A stretch of 64,000 bases of DNA. Origin: Laetmonice hystrix (Eukaryota). The first letter of the stretch is position 1; the number at the start of each line of letters is the position of its first letter. The stretch spans positions 14,508,001-14,572,000 of the forward strand of contig OZ249445.1 in NCBI GenBank assembly GCA_965235115.1. Reading direction: 5' to 3'. Shown here in pieces: positions 12,550 through 24,305 of the stretch. The notes under the pieces are model-generated. The model made no database searches. It saw only the letters and a program-made list of their open reading frames with translations, and was not told the DNA's origin. The translations under genes were made by a program, and so were the position numbers.

Positions 12550-13795
12550 GAATTACACAGTGACCATGGTAGTAGTGATCAGACTGGGGGACGGTCATTA
12601 ATTACACAGTGACCATGGTAGTAGTGATCAGACTGGGGGAACCTGACGGTCATTAATTACACAGTGACCATGGTAGCAGTGATCAGACTGGGGGAACCTG
12701 ACGGTCATTAATTACACAGTGACCATGGTAGCAGTGATCAGACTGGGGGAACCTGACGGTCATTAATTACACAGTGACCATGGTAGCAGTGATCAGACTG
12801 GGAGAACCTGACGGTCATTAATTACACAGTGACCATGGTAGCAGTGATCAGACTGGGGGAACCTGACGGTCATTAATTACACAGTGACCATGGTAGCAGT
12901 GATCAGACTGGGGGAACCTGACGGTCATTAATTACACAGTGACCATGGTAGCAGTGATCAGACTGGGGGAACCTGACGGTCATTAATTACACAGTGACCA
13001 TGGTAGTAGTGATCAGACTGGGGGAACCTGACGGTCATTAATTACACAGTGACCATGGTAGTAGTGATCAGACTGGGGGACGGTCATTAATTACACAGTG
13101 ACCATGGTAGTAGTGATCAGACTGGGTGAACCTGACGGTCATTAATTACACAGTGACCATGGTAGTAGTGATCAGACTGGGTGAACCTGACGGTCATTAA
13201 TTACACAGTGACCATGGTAGTAGTGATCAGACTGGGGGAACCTGACGGTCATTAATTACACAGTGACCATGGTAGTAGTGATCAGACTGGGGGACGGTCA
13301 TTAATTACACAGTGACCATGGTAGTAGTGATCAGACTGGGGGACGGTCATTAATTACACAGTGACCATGGTAGTAGTGATCAGACTGGGTGAACCTGACG
13401 GTCATTAATTACACAGTGACCATGGTAGTAGTGATCAGACTGGGGGAACCTGACGGTCATTAATTACACAGTGACCATGGTAGTAGTGATCAGACTGGGG
13501 GAACCTGACGGTCATTAATTACACAGTGACCATGGTAGCAGTGATCAGACTGGGTGAACCTGACGGTCATTAATTACACAGTGACCATGGTAGTAGTGAT
13601 CAGACTGGGGGAACCTGACGGTCATTAATTACACAGTGACCATGGTAGTAGTGATCAGACTGGGGGAACCTGACGGTCATTAATTACACAGTGACCAAGG
13701 TAGTAGTGATCAGACTGGTGGAACCTGACGGTCATTAATTACACAGTGACCATGGTAGCAGTGATCAGACTGGGGGAACCTGACGGTCATTAATT
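12550..13795. repeat. 55-bp minisatellite, about 23 copies, in AKR intron 4
   Basis: Unit gtcattaattacacagtgaccatggtagtagtgatcagactgggggaacctgacg, with 48-bp variants. Confidence 0.95.
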
Positions 13796-14073
13796 GACTC
13801 GGGTAGGTCTATGGATGTTGAGTGGGTGCCACACTGATGACATTCTCCCAGCCCACACGTATAAGGTAACGCCAATCACGTACATGTATCTCTGTTACCA
13901 GCACCTCAATTACTCCTTGGTGTATAAGTCAACACAGCTCAGGTTTCAGTTCACGCTGACCACAGTATGGTATAGAGGGGGCGTGGTAATAAGGAATTTC
14001 CTGTTCAGGTTTATTGGAAAGCTTCCGAGTTGGGACAAACTCTGGAAACTGTAGAAATATAGCCTACACCGAC

Positions 14074-14157
14074 CTGCCACGTTTCCAGGATGTCGGTACG
14101 TTCATCTTCAAACAGTATGTTTCCCTCGCCGTCCTTAGGGAACATGTCCTCCCCAGG
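14074..14157 (-). CDS. AKR1 exon 4
   Basis: PGEDMFPKDGEGNILFEDERTDILETWQ, 84 nt, acceptor tttctcacAG, donor GTCGGT. Confidence 0.9.
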
Positions 14158-14610
14158 CTGTGAGAAACATTCAGATATAGTTTACAGGTGATCGAGGAGG
14201 AATATGTCCTCCCCAGGCTGTGAGAAACATTCAGATATAGTTTACAGGTGATCGAGGAGGAACATGTCCTCCCCAGGCTGTGAGAAACATTCAGATATAG
14301 TTTACAGGTGATCGAGGAGGAATATGTCCTCCCCAGGCTGTGAGAAACATTCAGATATATATAGTTTACAGGTGATCGAGGAGGAACATGTCCTCCCCAG
14401 GCTGTGAGAAACATTCAGATATAGTTTACAGGTGATCGAGGAGGAATATGTCCTCCCCAGGCTGTGAGAAACATTCAGATATAGTTTACAGGTGATCGAG
14501 GAGGAACATGTCCTCCCCAGGCTGTGAGAAACATTCAGATATAGTTTACAGGTGATCGAGGAGGAATACGTCCTCCCCAGGCTGTGAGAAACATTCAGAT
14601 AGTTTACAGG
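14139..14610 (-). repeat. 60-bp tandem repeat, 8 copies, spanning the AKR intron 3/exon 4 junction
   Basis: Each unit contains ctgaatgtttctcacAG plus the first ~19 nt of exon 4; units alternate between two variants (120-bp dimer). Confidence 0.95.
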
Positions 14611-14767
14611 TATCCGATCGAAGTAGGCCTACCTACACGCTCCGCTTTCCTTACGAGATGATAAAAAAATATATGAATGCCGCGTAAGTAGATTTTTTTA
14701 ACGGTATAGGCTCTCGCTCAAGAATATTTTCGCACAAGGTAAACCGACTGAGAATGGGATACATTAC

Positions 14768-14884
14768 GGGCATAGCGACAGGCCAGTGGATCAGGTACAT
14801 GTCGACATAATCCAAACCTAGCATCTTCAAACTTTTCCTTAACGCCGGAACGACATCATCCTTGCGATGATCTGTGCACCAAAG
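14768..14884 (-). CDS. AKR1 exon 3
   Basis: [39 protein letters not shown], 117 nt, catalytic His in LIHWP. Confidence 0.95.
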
Positions 14885-15010
14885 CTGAAGAGGAAAATAT
14901 TAACAGTGTCAATTTCATTCCGGGTTCAACGCCCATATGTACTTTGTGTATATGCGGTAGAATATCTGTGGTCTGTTTTAGAATCCCACTCAACACTTTG
15001 CTTAGAGAAC

Positions 15011-15178
15011 CTTAGTGGTGATGAAGACATCCTCCCGACTGACGGTGCCATCAGTGATGACGTCATTGACGGCCTGCCCGACACCAGCCTCGGTCTCATA
15101 TATAGACGCCGTATCAAAGTGTCGATAGCCACAGCTGATGGCCGACTTCACCGCTGATACGACCGTGTCAAAGGTACT
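15011..15178 (-). CDS. AKR1 exon 2
   Basis: [56 protein letters not shown], 168 nt, carries the catalytic Asp, Tyr and Lys. Confidence 0.95.
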
Positions 15179-15683
15179 CTGGACGGTAGATTACAAACAC
15201 ATCGCATCAATCAAATGGCTCATCCCAGTTAGGATCAACTTATTTTAGGAATAAGTATATGTCGGGTATTTATAAAAAGGATTAAATTAGGCTACGCGGT
15301 ATAATCTGCCCCAAGTAGACCTGGGGGGATTATACCTAATAGGTAGGTCTGTATGGCCTGGCATCAGGACGTTGATAAGTAAAAGGACTAGATCTTGACC
15401 ATGACATTGTATTAGTGTATACAAGGTGTGTTATATAAGCTTGATGTAGACCTGGGATATAAATATAGGGGCCTAAGGCCTGTATGGCCCGGCGTCATCT
15501 TCAACATTGTATTACTATTAGTGATATAAAAGGTGTGTTATAGGAGCTTGATGTAGACGTAGGAGAAAGAGGGGAAGATGGTCTCAGATTAATAACAGGA
15601 GGCCAGGGGTCACTGTAAAATGATCTTCCATCGTCAGATATTAATAGAAACTAAAGCGTAGAGCCTGACACAGAGTAACCCAC

Positions 15684-15800
15684 CGTGTAGTCATAGCTGC
15701 CCTGAAACGTACCGAGACCGACAGCAGGCATGAGGTGTCCGTCATTGAGGGTGACGGAGGCGGCCCTGCCCTCACCGGTAGCCGTACTCATAGAGGCCAT
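15684..15800 (-). CDS. AKR1 first coding exon
   Basis: MASMSTATGEGRAASVTLNDGHLMPAVGLGTFQGSYDYT, 117 nt, in-frame stop just upstream of the ATG, donor GTGGGT. The ten exons total 1002 nt = 333 aa + stop. Confidence 0.9.
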
Positions 15801-16708
15801 CGTAACACGCCAGGCTCATGGCATGATGTGATGACGTGGGCCAGGGAGACCTGTGGCCTCGGTCCCTCACCCCACTGACCGGTCCAGAGATAACGGCCGT
15901 CAGTGGCCTGTATCCCCCGTCCCGGTCTTATCGGGGGGGGGGGGGGGGGCTCCCTCGGACCTTGAACAGAGCACAGCGCAGATCGTAGGTCATATACTAT
16001 TGTATAGAGAGTTCACGGGGAGTATGTCGGCCTATGTGCTGAGGAGAATAACCCCAAACAGGATCACAGATTTACTCCATCACGTCCGATCTCCTTGCCT
16101 GATCCACTGATCCACTTTTTCTATTTTAGAAACAGAGGCCTTCTTACCGCAAAGCTGTATTGGCTAAGGATGGCCTAAATTGTGTTTGTGAAGGGTATGA
16201 CGTATATTAACATTTGTTGAAGGAATTCATCATACTTGATGGTTGTCTTGTGTCATGTGGTGGTTCGAGGGATTTATCTTTTCATATAACGGAGGAATTA
16301 AATGTGTTGTGTTGTAGACTCCTAGAAGAACGGATAAAAACCAGGGATATTTCATGTACACTACAGATTTCACTCCTAGAATTATTGTTGTAGGTCCCCT
16401 ATCTGTTCTTCACTCGCAGGGTGTATCAAAAAGGTAGATATATATGTGAACGCTACAGAATCACTCTTGATCCACGGAGGACTGGATGAAGGTACAGAGA
16501 AATGACTAAAAACGAGAAATATTATGTATTTGTGATCATTCTTTCTTAGAGGAGCCGTACGGAAGGTGAAAATATCTCGGAATACATGTATAGTATCTTC
16601 TTCTTCTTCCAAATCGGTTGATAATTCGTAAACTATAAAACAGTTACATTTCCCCCTTGTATTTGACATGTTTGTAAGCTTTAATACGATCTTATCAGTA
16701 TAAGATAA

Positions 16709-17700
16709 GGCCACTCCCCCGGCGGGGGTGTAAGTGAGGCCACTCCCCCGGCGGGGGTGTAAGTGAGGCCACTCCCCCGGCGGGGGTGTAAGTGAGGCCA
16801 CTCCCCCGGCGGGGGTGTAAGTGAGGCCACTCCCCCGGCGGGGGTGTAAGTCAGGCCACTCCCCCGGCGGGGGTGTAAGTCAGGCCACTCCCCCTGGCGG
16901 GGGTGTAAGTCAGGCCACTCCCCCGGCGGGGGTGTAAGTCAGGCCACTCCCCCGGCGGGGGTGTAAGTCAGGCCACTCCCCCGGCGGGGGTGTAAGTCAG
17001 GCCACTCCCCCGGCGGGGGTGTAAGTCAGGCCACTCCCCCGGCGGGGGTGTAAGTCAGGGCACTCCCCCGGCGGGGGTGTAAGTCAGGCCACTCCCCCGG
17101 CGGGGGTGTAAGTCAGGCCACTCCCCCGGCGGGGGTGTAAGTCAGGCCACTCCCCCTGGCGGGGGTGTAAGTCAGGCCACTCCCCCGGCGGGGGTGTAAG
17201 TCAGGCCACTCCCCCGGCGGGGGTGTAAGTCAGGCCACTCCCCCGGCGGGGGTGTAAGTCAGGCACTCCCCCGGCGGGGGTGTAAGTCAGGCCACTCCCC
17301 CGGCGGGGGTGTAAGTCAGGCCACTCCCCCGGCGGGGGTGTAAGTCAGGCCACTCCCCCTGGCGGGGGTGTAAGTCAGGCCACTCCCCTGGCGGGGGTGT
17401 AAGTCAGGCCACTCCCCCTGGCGGGGGTGTAAGTCAGGCCACTCCCCTGGCGGGGGTGTAAGTCAGGCCACTCCCCCTGGCGGGGGTGTAAGTCAGGCCA
17501 CTCCCCCGGCGGGGGTGTAAGTCAGGCCACTCCCCCGGCGGGGGTGTAAGTCAGGCCACTCCCCCTGGCGGGGGTGTGTGAGTCAGGCCACTCCCCTGGC
17601 GGGGGTGTAAGTCAGGCCACTCCCCCTGGCGGGGGTGTAAGTCAGGCCACTCCCCCGGCGGGGGTGTAAGTCAGGCCACTTCCCCCGGCGGGGGTGTAAG
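16709..17700. repeat. 29-bp GC-rich minisatellite, about 34 copies
   Basis: Unit ggccactcccccggcgggggtgtaagtca, with an internal CCCCCG-G-CGGGGG hairpin. Confidence 0.95.
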
Positions 17701-20242
17701 TTATGCAGTTATATGGTTCCCGTGGTGAGGACGTTGCAAGTGGACTCACCAGAGATCAATACGGACTTATACGATCGTATGTGTGTGATGTATAGAAATA
17801 TGTTAGCACAGCCCATATAGAACACCCCCCGCCCTCCCAATCAGCTGTTCTCTTGATTGCAACATGTCCACTGATAACATTCGATGACGTTGCCTGACCT
17901 TACCAAGTTGTTGTACAGTTGTTACGTAACGTGTCGGGGTGTGTCGGACCAGGGGTCTGTGTTCACCGACCTGGAACACGTTGACCAGATCAAATACATG
18001 GCAGCTTCCAACCCCAGAAACAGGACGAAAACGGTCGGCTCTCCGTAATGCCAGTTAACCGGTAAGTTGAATGTAACCATATGGGTTAGCAGGGGATATT
18101 CAGAGAAAGGTCTTGTAATCACTGTTGACATACAATTTTGTTGGCGTGGTTCTCAGGGTTTCACATTTGGAATATAATCTAGGCCTATATAACTCCCTCT
18201 TGACATGCGATAATCATTATTTCGTCCGGAGCAATGAACGTTTGAAGCACGTTTAAAGAGTTAATCTTATATGCAGTCCCCCGGAGATTTAGAATCTGTG
18301 TTGGACCATTTCGAATTTTGCATCTTATTAGCCCTAATTTGCACATTATTATTAGATCTATGTAAATGACAGGGTATAGGCTAGTTGCAAACATTGGGAC
18401 AGCGCGACTGTGTGCTGAAGGCACAATTTTGAAAATTAAAGCGAAAGCTGCAAATCATACATTCTCCTTCAACGTGGTGAAAATCAAGTTATCAAAATTC
18501 AAGAATTCCAGCTCTGAAAGCTTCACTTTTTAACTTGTATAAAACACAAACGTGTCCTGTATTGACCACGAAAGGTGCAGAACCCGGCATTGCTATAGGC
18601 CTAATGCATAGCCATAGGCCTATCTCAGTACTGACTCAAACAAAATGGCAAAAGTAATCTACAAAGGACACAATTTTTCGACAGTTGGGGCCCAACGGAG
18701 TTTCTCATTTTGGAGTACTACAGTAAATTTGAATATGATGAACAATGATAAACAACTCTACATGTGGGATGACTAGTCTGTTGTTTGCATGTTGCATTCA
18801 CTGGAGAGGACTGACAGCCAGCGTCACAATGTGGTTGGTGGACAGGTCAGGCCATTTGGACAGTTTGTAACATTTGGGGGTCAGTTGGACACTGGCGTAA
18901 ACTATGTTTTTCACACCTCAACCAATTTTATCACTCTCTATCTTTCTCTTCCGTCTCGCTCTGTCTCTCTTTCTCTTCTGTCTCACTTTTAGACCTGCTG
19001 CGGGGCTGCAAGAACGCCATATTGGCCCTAAGAAATTCCAGAGAGAAAATAAATATCCTATGGGTTGTGGTCTACAACACTATGCTAACCTAAAGACAGC
19101 GTCGTGATGACAGGATCGAATCCACCCTGTGTTGGGGGCTGTCGGACCACAAGTCATAGGTGAGGCACGAGTTGAAGGGTTACCTATTTCATGAATCCAG
19201 GACATCAACGCTCAGGCCGTTTATAAGGTATGAAATTTTAACTGGGGGAAAAACAAATGAAAGTCGAGTGAAATTATATTCTTCGCCTCCTTTTATTCAT
19301 AATCATTAAAAACTTTCACACTGTGCTTTTCCTTTAGGCCGATACTCTGCGAAAAGTTTCAACAATAATTATTATTGCGAACTTTGATGTTTTACACACA
19401 TAATAATGAACATTTTCCCTTTACACCGTCTAATGAAATATTGGCAGTTTTAACGACGAAGAAAACACTAACTTACAAAACAGGGGCGGATCAACATAAT
19501 AATCCATACTAATTAAACCTCTTTAGCCCCATCCATGCTTCTCTGCCGTCCAGCAGTGTTCAGTGAGTTCCGCGACGAACGTGTAATCGGCCGCGCCAGC
19601 CTGAGCGGAGGGAGGTAGAGGAGAGCGCCCTCTGTCGATAAAACCTGGCACTAATAGACTGCACCTTTAACACGGAGAGAGGGTCTATAACTTTGTGATT
19701 GTTGAACATGTTAACTTTTCAAACTTTTTCAGATTGAATGAATTGAAGAACTGAGGGACACGACATCATCATCTCAGTCTGGAGTACATGGAGGCGAGGA
19801 CAGAGGATTGTAGGTCCAAGGTTATCCGGTAGAGGGCTACAAGGTGTACGTCGTCAAGGGAACCGCAATGGTCGCCAGAGCTTCCTTTCATTCCATAAGA
19901 CATCCGCGAACTGTCCTGTCAAAGAAAACAATAAAAAAACAATATTAAAAGTATATGATACATGTACAAGAGAAAGGAAATAAACTACAAAATCAATAGT
20001 TCCGACGTTGGAATCCTAGTAGAGTAGAAATCTAATTTAGTAGCTTAAAGTCACTTTTCTTTGGAAATCGAATCCAATTTCACAGCTAAAATCCCTATTG
20101 AGTGATTTTTAAAGAGACATTTTTCAAAGTGTAGTTTACTCGATAGTCACTATTTATACCCAGAGAGATCTTACACAGAGGATTACATTCGATTTTAACA
20201 AGATTGAATAGAAGGCATGAGGGGTATGATGTAATCGTCCAG

Positions 20243-20525
20243 GGGCTAGAAAACGGGGAAGGTGGGCGAAGTCAAAGAACTTTAGGTCCAAGTTTGTCCG
20301 GTAGAGGGCGCCAATATCTTTTAAGGCCTCCAGTCATCGTCCCTAGAAAACGGGGAGGATGGGCGAAGTCAAAGAACTAACTTTAGGTTTGTCCGGTAGA
20401 GGGCGCCAATATCTTCTAAGGCCTCCAGGTGTCATCGTCCCTAGAAAACGGTGAGGATGGGCAAAGTCAAAGAACTTTAGGTCCGAGTTTGTCCGGTAGA
20501 GGGCGACACTATCTTCTTAAACCAG
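20243..20525. repeat. About 95-100-bp tandem repeat, 3 copies
   Basis: ctagaaaacggg..gggcgaagtcaaagaactttaggt..gtccggtagagggcg repeated; a related partial copy lies at 19812-19840. Confidence 0.85.
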
Positions 20526-20859
20526 GAATCCATGTGTCCGTCGTGCGCATGGCGTATTGCGTAATGCGCAATCAAATCAACGAAAACACGCATTACGCAC
20601 ACTTAAAATCACTCCAACTTGTTTGATTGGGATGAATACACATTACGCACTACGCAGTACGCATTACGCATCACGCCCCCACTACGTACACATGGATACA
20701 CAGATGATAAAGGAAGTAGTCGGCCAATAGGCCGAGACTACTGATACTCTTAAAGTATAGGTATAATATACTTATAATCCTCTAATTAAAGCATTTTATT
20801 CCCATCCTCGCTTTCTGTGCCAGGGAACTTTAATTTCGAAGAACAAATGATATTTTGCC

Positions 20860-21000
20860 ATTCCTAACAGCCTGAACCCAGTGAGGTGAGTATATCGAAA
20901 TAATTCCTAACAGCCCAAACCTCAGTGAGGTTAGTAAATCAAAATCATTCCTAACAGCCCGAACCCCAGTGAGGTCGAAATCATTCCTAACAGCCCGAAC
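20860..21000. repeat. About 55-60-bp degenerate tandem repeat, 3 copies
   Basis: attcctaacagcc(c/t)..aacc..agtgagg..aaat repeated. Confidence 0.7.
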
Positions 21001-21029
21001 TATCTGAAATACATGGTTTTACCGCGTAA

Positions 21030-21520
21030 ATGATAGATCTACTCCTCCCGGTAGGAGGCGCGCCAAGGAAACGAACGTATCCGTTTTCCACTGTGTAATC
21101 ATTGAGATGCGGTTTAAATGATACTCCTCCCGGTAGGAGGCGCACCAAGGAAACGAACGTATCCGTTTTCCACTGTGTAATCATTGAGATGCGGTTTAAA
21201 TGATACTCCTCCCGGTAGGAGGCGCACCAAGGAAACGAACGTATCCGTTTTCCACTGTGTAATCATTGAGATGCGGTTTAAATGATACTCCTCCCGGTAG
21301 GAGGCGCACCAAGGAAACCAACGTATCCGTTTTCCACTGTGTGATCATTGAGATGCGGTTTAAATGATACTCCTCCCGGTAGGAGGCGTGGACCAAGGAA
21401 ACAAACGTGCCCGTTATCCACTGTGTGATCATTGAGATGCGGTTTAAATGATACTCCTCCCGGTAGGAGGCGTGGACCAAGGAAACAAACGTGCCCGTTA
21501 TCCACTGAGTGATCATTGAG
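21030..21520. repeat. 82-bp minisatellite, 6 copies
   Basis: Unit atgatactcctcccggtaggaggcgcaccaaggaaacgaacgtatccgttttccactgtgtaatcattgagatgcggtttaa; explains the repetitive ORFs 21196..21696 and 21278..21667. Confidence 0.95.
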
Positions 21521-21885
21521 ATCCAGGCCTGGAGTGGGAGGACACGCTGTGACGACTGTACCGAGCAGTGGTCGGATGTTGGTGGTTGGTTGGTCGGTTT
21601 GAGCGGGACGCCCCGTGCCAGCGCAGCGTGCTCCCTTACTACCGCACACGGTAACTTCGCCATACATGTCATGATGTGTGTATATAATCTATTCAAATAA
21701 ATAATTCCATGAGTGTAACATCAACTTTACTGCATACATAGTCCAATCTGATACGTGAGGAATAAAAAAGGATTTTCTTCTATTGTTGTGTTTTCTTCCT
21801 TCCCTTAGGACTTTTTTTTCTTGTTTTTCTGTCTTTCTCTTATGACTTTGTGTGTATAAATATCTGGAGATAAGTCTGTTTTCAG

Positions 21886-22277
21886 CAGCAGCTTGATATG
21901 TATGTGTCCACTAAATCTGGCGATACGGTTGAGTGGGTGTGGGGAGGGCGGTGACCTTGGCCTTCAACAGCCCATACATATGCGCCAATACTGGGAGGAT
22001 TTACGCCCAAAGCTCAGGTATGTACCCCGTATAATACCGGATAGTGAGACACATAGACCTGTACGGACGTTTAGGTCGTCTGACCATCAACTCCTGTAGA
22101 CGAAGGAATTCTTGCGGAGGAGGAATTACGAAATGGACAATGAATTTGGTACATTTTCTCGTTACAATGTCAGAACTCTTGGACAACGGCCTCGTCATGC
22201 AGACCGCCGAAGCAGTGCACATAGAGATGATCTACTGCGACATGACCTCCCAACGTTGTAAATTGGACGATTTGATG
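21886..22277 (+). pseudogene. Exon-like cassette U1 of an unidentified repeated coding unit
   Basis: Acceptor gttttcAG, donor atg|GTGAGA. Frameshifted translation YVSTKSGDTVEW..WEDLRPKLRYVPRIIPDSETHRPV..TPVDEGILAEEELR..NLVHFLVTMSELLD..QRCKLDDLM. Confidence 0.5.
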
Positions 22278-22362
22278 GTGAGATTTCACCGTCTTACCCT
22301 TCCTTTTGCTGTAGATATATGTTTGTTTGTGCAATTGGCCCGTACACATACTCTTCTAGTTA

Positions 22363-22572
22363 CCCCAATGATTCATACCCCCAAACACTCCATTAATTAC
22401 CCCACACTTTCCACTGATTCATACCCACACACTCCATTAAATACCCCAAGTTCTCCACCGATTCATACCCAAACACTCCATTAATTACCCCAAGCTCTCC
22501 ACTGATTCATACCCAAACACTCCATTAATTACTCCACACTCTCCCACCAATTAATACCCCAAATTTCCCTAA
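22363..22572. repeat. 24-bp minisatellite array A1 (degenerate)
   Basis: Variants of ccactgattaataccccacacacc. Confidence 0.75.
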
Positions 22573-22741
22573 TTAATACTCATTCTTGAACGAATAATTT
22601 TTTGAAAAGAAAATAATGTAATATGTTTATTAGCTTTCATTTGTTGTTGTCTCTGTCTGCTCTGACTTAATTTGTTTATTAATTAATCAAATTAATTAAT
22701 TTAATTAATTATTTAATAAAAAATATTCGTCTGATGTTGAG

Positions 22742-23323
22742 CAGCCCCTGGGGTATCATGGTGGTCATGTACCACTATAGAAGTCTTCTGGATCGGCGAC
22801 ACGGTTGAGTATAGGTCCGGGTGGGGTGCCGAGCAGCCCCGGCATGTTGACCATGTACCAATATAGAATTCTGGATCTGGCGATACGGTTGAGTAGGTCC
22901 GGGCAGTGCGCCTGTACGCGCTGACCTCGGCCCGAGTACCATGCGTCGGGAGGTGATGTGTATTCCGTATAATATCGGATACTGAGACCTGTACGGACGT
23001 GTATGAAGCCGGGTAACTCCCGTCAACCTACGGATTCTAATGCAGGAGGAATTACGAACTAGAGCAAGGCATGTGACACGTTTTCTCGGTACAATCTCGG
23101 GACTCTTGAACTGACCGACTGACCATGAGGGCTGAGCTGAACGACTACCCCAAACTCATGTAACAGAGACCTACCACCGCCCAACGAATGGACAGGACAT
23201 GATCGACACCTACATGCCGTCTGAGCTTCACAACGGAGGATCGAATGGTAAGCTTTCACCACATTAATCTTTGGCTACGCGGCCTCTCAACTTGACAAAA
23301 CGTTGTAAAAGGAAGATCTAATG
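22742..23323 (+). pseudogene. Cassette U2 (head duplicated, two donors)
   Basis: Two copies of the gcga(t/c)acggttgagt head; EELRTRARHVTRFLGTISGLL; donors aatg|GTAAGC (23248) and aatg|GTGAGC (23324). Confidence 0.45.
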
Positions 23324-23394
23324 GTGAGCTTTGATCGCGTTACCCTTCTCTTTGTTGTACGGTCGATTGCACAACTGACCCACTCCACCCTCCA

Positions 23395-23812
23395 CACACT
23401 CCATTGATTACCCCACACTCTGTAGTAATTAATACCCCAAACACTGCACTCATTAATACCTCAAACACTGACCTGATTAATACCCCACACACCCCACTGA
23501 TTAATACCCCATACACTCCACTGATTAATACCCCACACACCCCACTGATTAATACCCCACACACCCCACTGATTAATACCCCATACACTCCACTGATTAA
23601 TACCCCACACACCCCACTGATTAATACCCCACACACCCCACTGATTAATACCCCACACACCCCACTGATTAATACCCCATACAGTCCACTGATTAATACC
23701 CCACACACCCCACTGATTAATACCCCACACACCCCACTGGTTAATACCCCACACACCCCATTGATTAATACCCCAAACACCCCACTGAATAATACCCCAA
23801 ACACCCCACCGA
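23395..23812. repeat. 24-bp minisatellite array A2, about 17 copies
   Basis: Unit attaataccccacacaccccactg; gives the INTPHTPL / WGINQWGV / GVLISGVC ORFs. Confidence 0.95.
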
Positions 23813-23883
23813 TTGACTTCAAACTTCATTATTCGGTGATATTCGATTAGTCAAACGTTTAAAACCAACAAGTCTGCTTGCAG

Positions 23884-24305
23884 CAGTCTCTTGCTCGATA
23901 TATGTGTCCACTGAAGGTGGCGATACGGTTGAGTGGGTGGGAGCGGGGTGCGCTTAAGGCGGTGGCCCTGGCCGTGGCCGTCAAGGACCCATACGTCTGT
24001 GCGAGTGCTGGAAGATCAGACCACGTGTATGTACCCCGTATAACACCAGATACTGAGACCCATAGACCTGTACCAACGTTAAGGTCGCCTGATCACCAAC
24101 TCCTGTGGACGAAGGGACTCTTAAGGAGGAGCAATTACGAAATGGAGCAAGGAATTTGGTACGTTTTCTCGTTACAGTGTCAGGACTCTTGGACGACAAC
24201 GGTCTCATGTCACGGCGACCTGACAACCAAGCAATCAACACGGGATGGTATACGGCTACGCGCCCTCTCAACTTGACAAAACGTTGTAAAACGGAAGATC
24301 TAATG
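23884..24305 (+). pseudogene. Cassette U3
   Basis: Acceptor cttgcAG, donor aatg|GTGAGC. YVSTEGGDTVEWV..YVPRITPDTETHRPV..TPVDEGTLKEEQLRNGARNLVRFLVTVSGLLDDN..LNLTKRCKTEDLM, with frameshifts. Confidence 0.5.

Noticed and set aside
12490-12550. YRGWAVIP resembling the AKR QRG.AVIPKS motif
   Set aside because: Out of exon order (intron 4), lacks KS, and the true exon 8 is at 9659-9742.
14064-14414. 116-aa ORF with YLNVSHSLGRT repeats
   Set aside because: Out-of-frame read-through of the 60-bp repeat; the real exon is in another frame.
16709-17700. CRISPR array (29-bp palindromic repeat reminiscent of type I-E repeats)
   Set aside because: Units are head-to-tail with no unique spacers, there are no cas genes, and the context is a spliced animal gene.
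23340-23850. Repeat proteins INTPHTPL / WGINQWGV / GVLISGVC (also at 26769-27517)
   Set aside because: A 24-bp stop-free unit is open in several frames on both strands by arithmetic; no flanking coding context.
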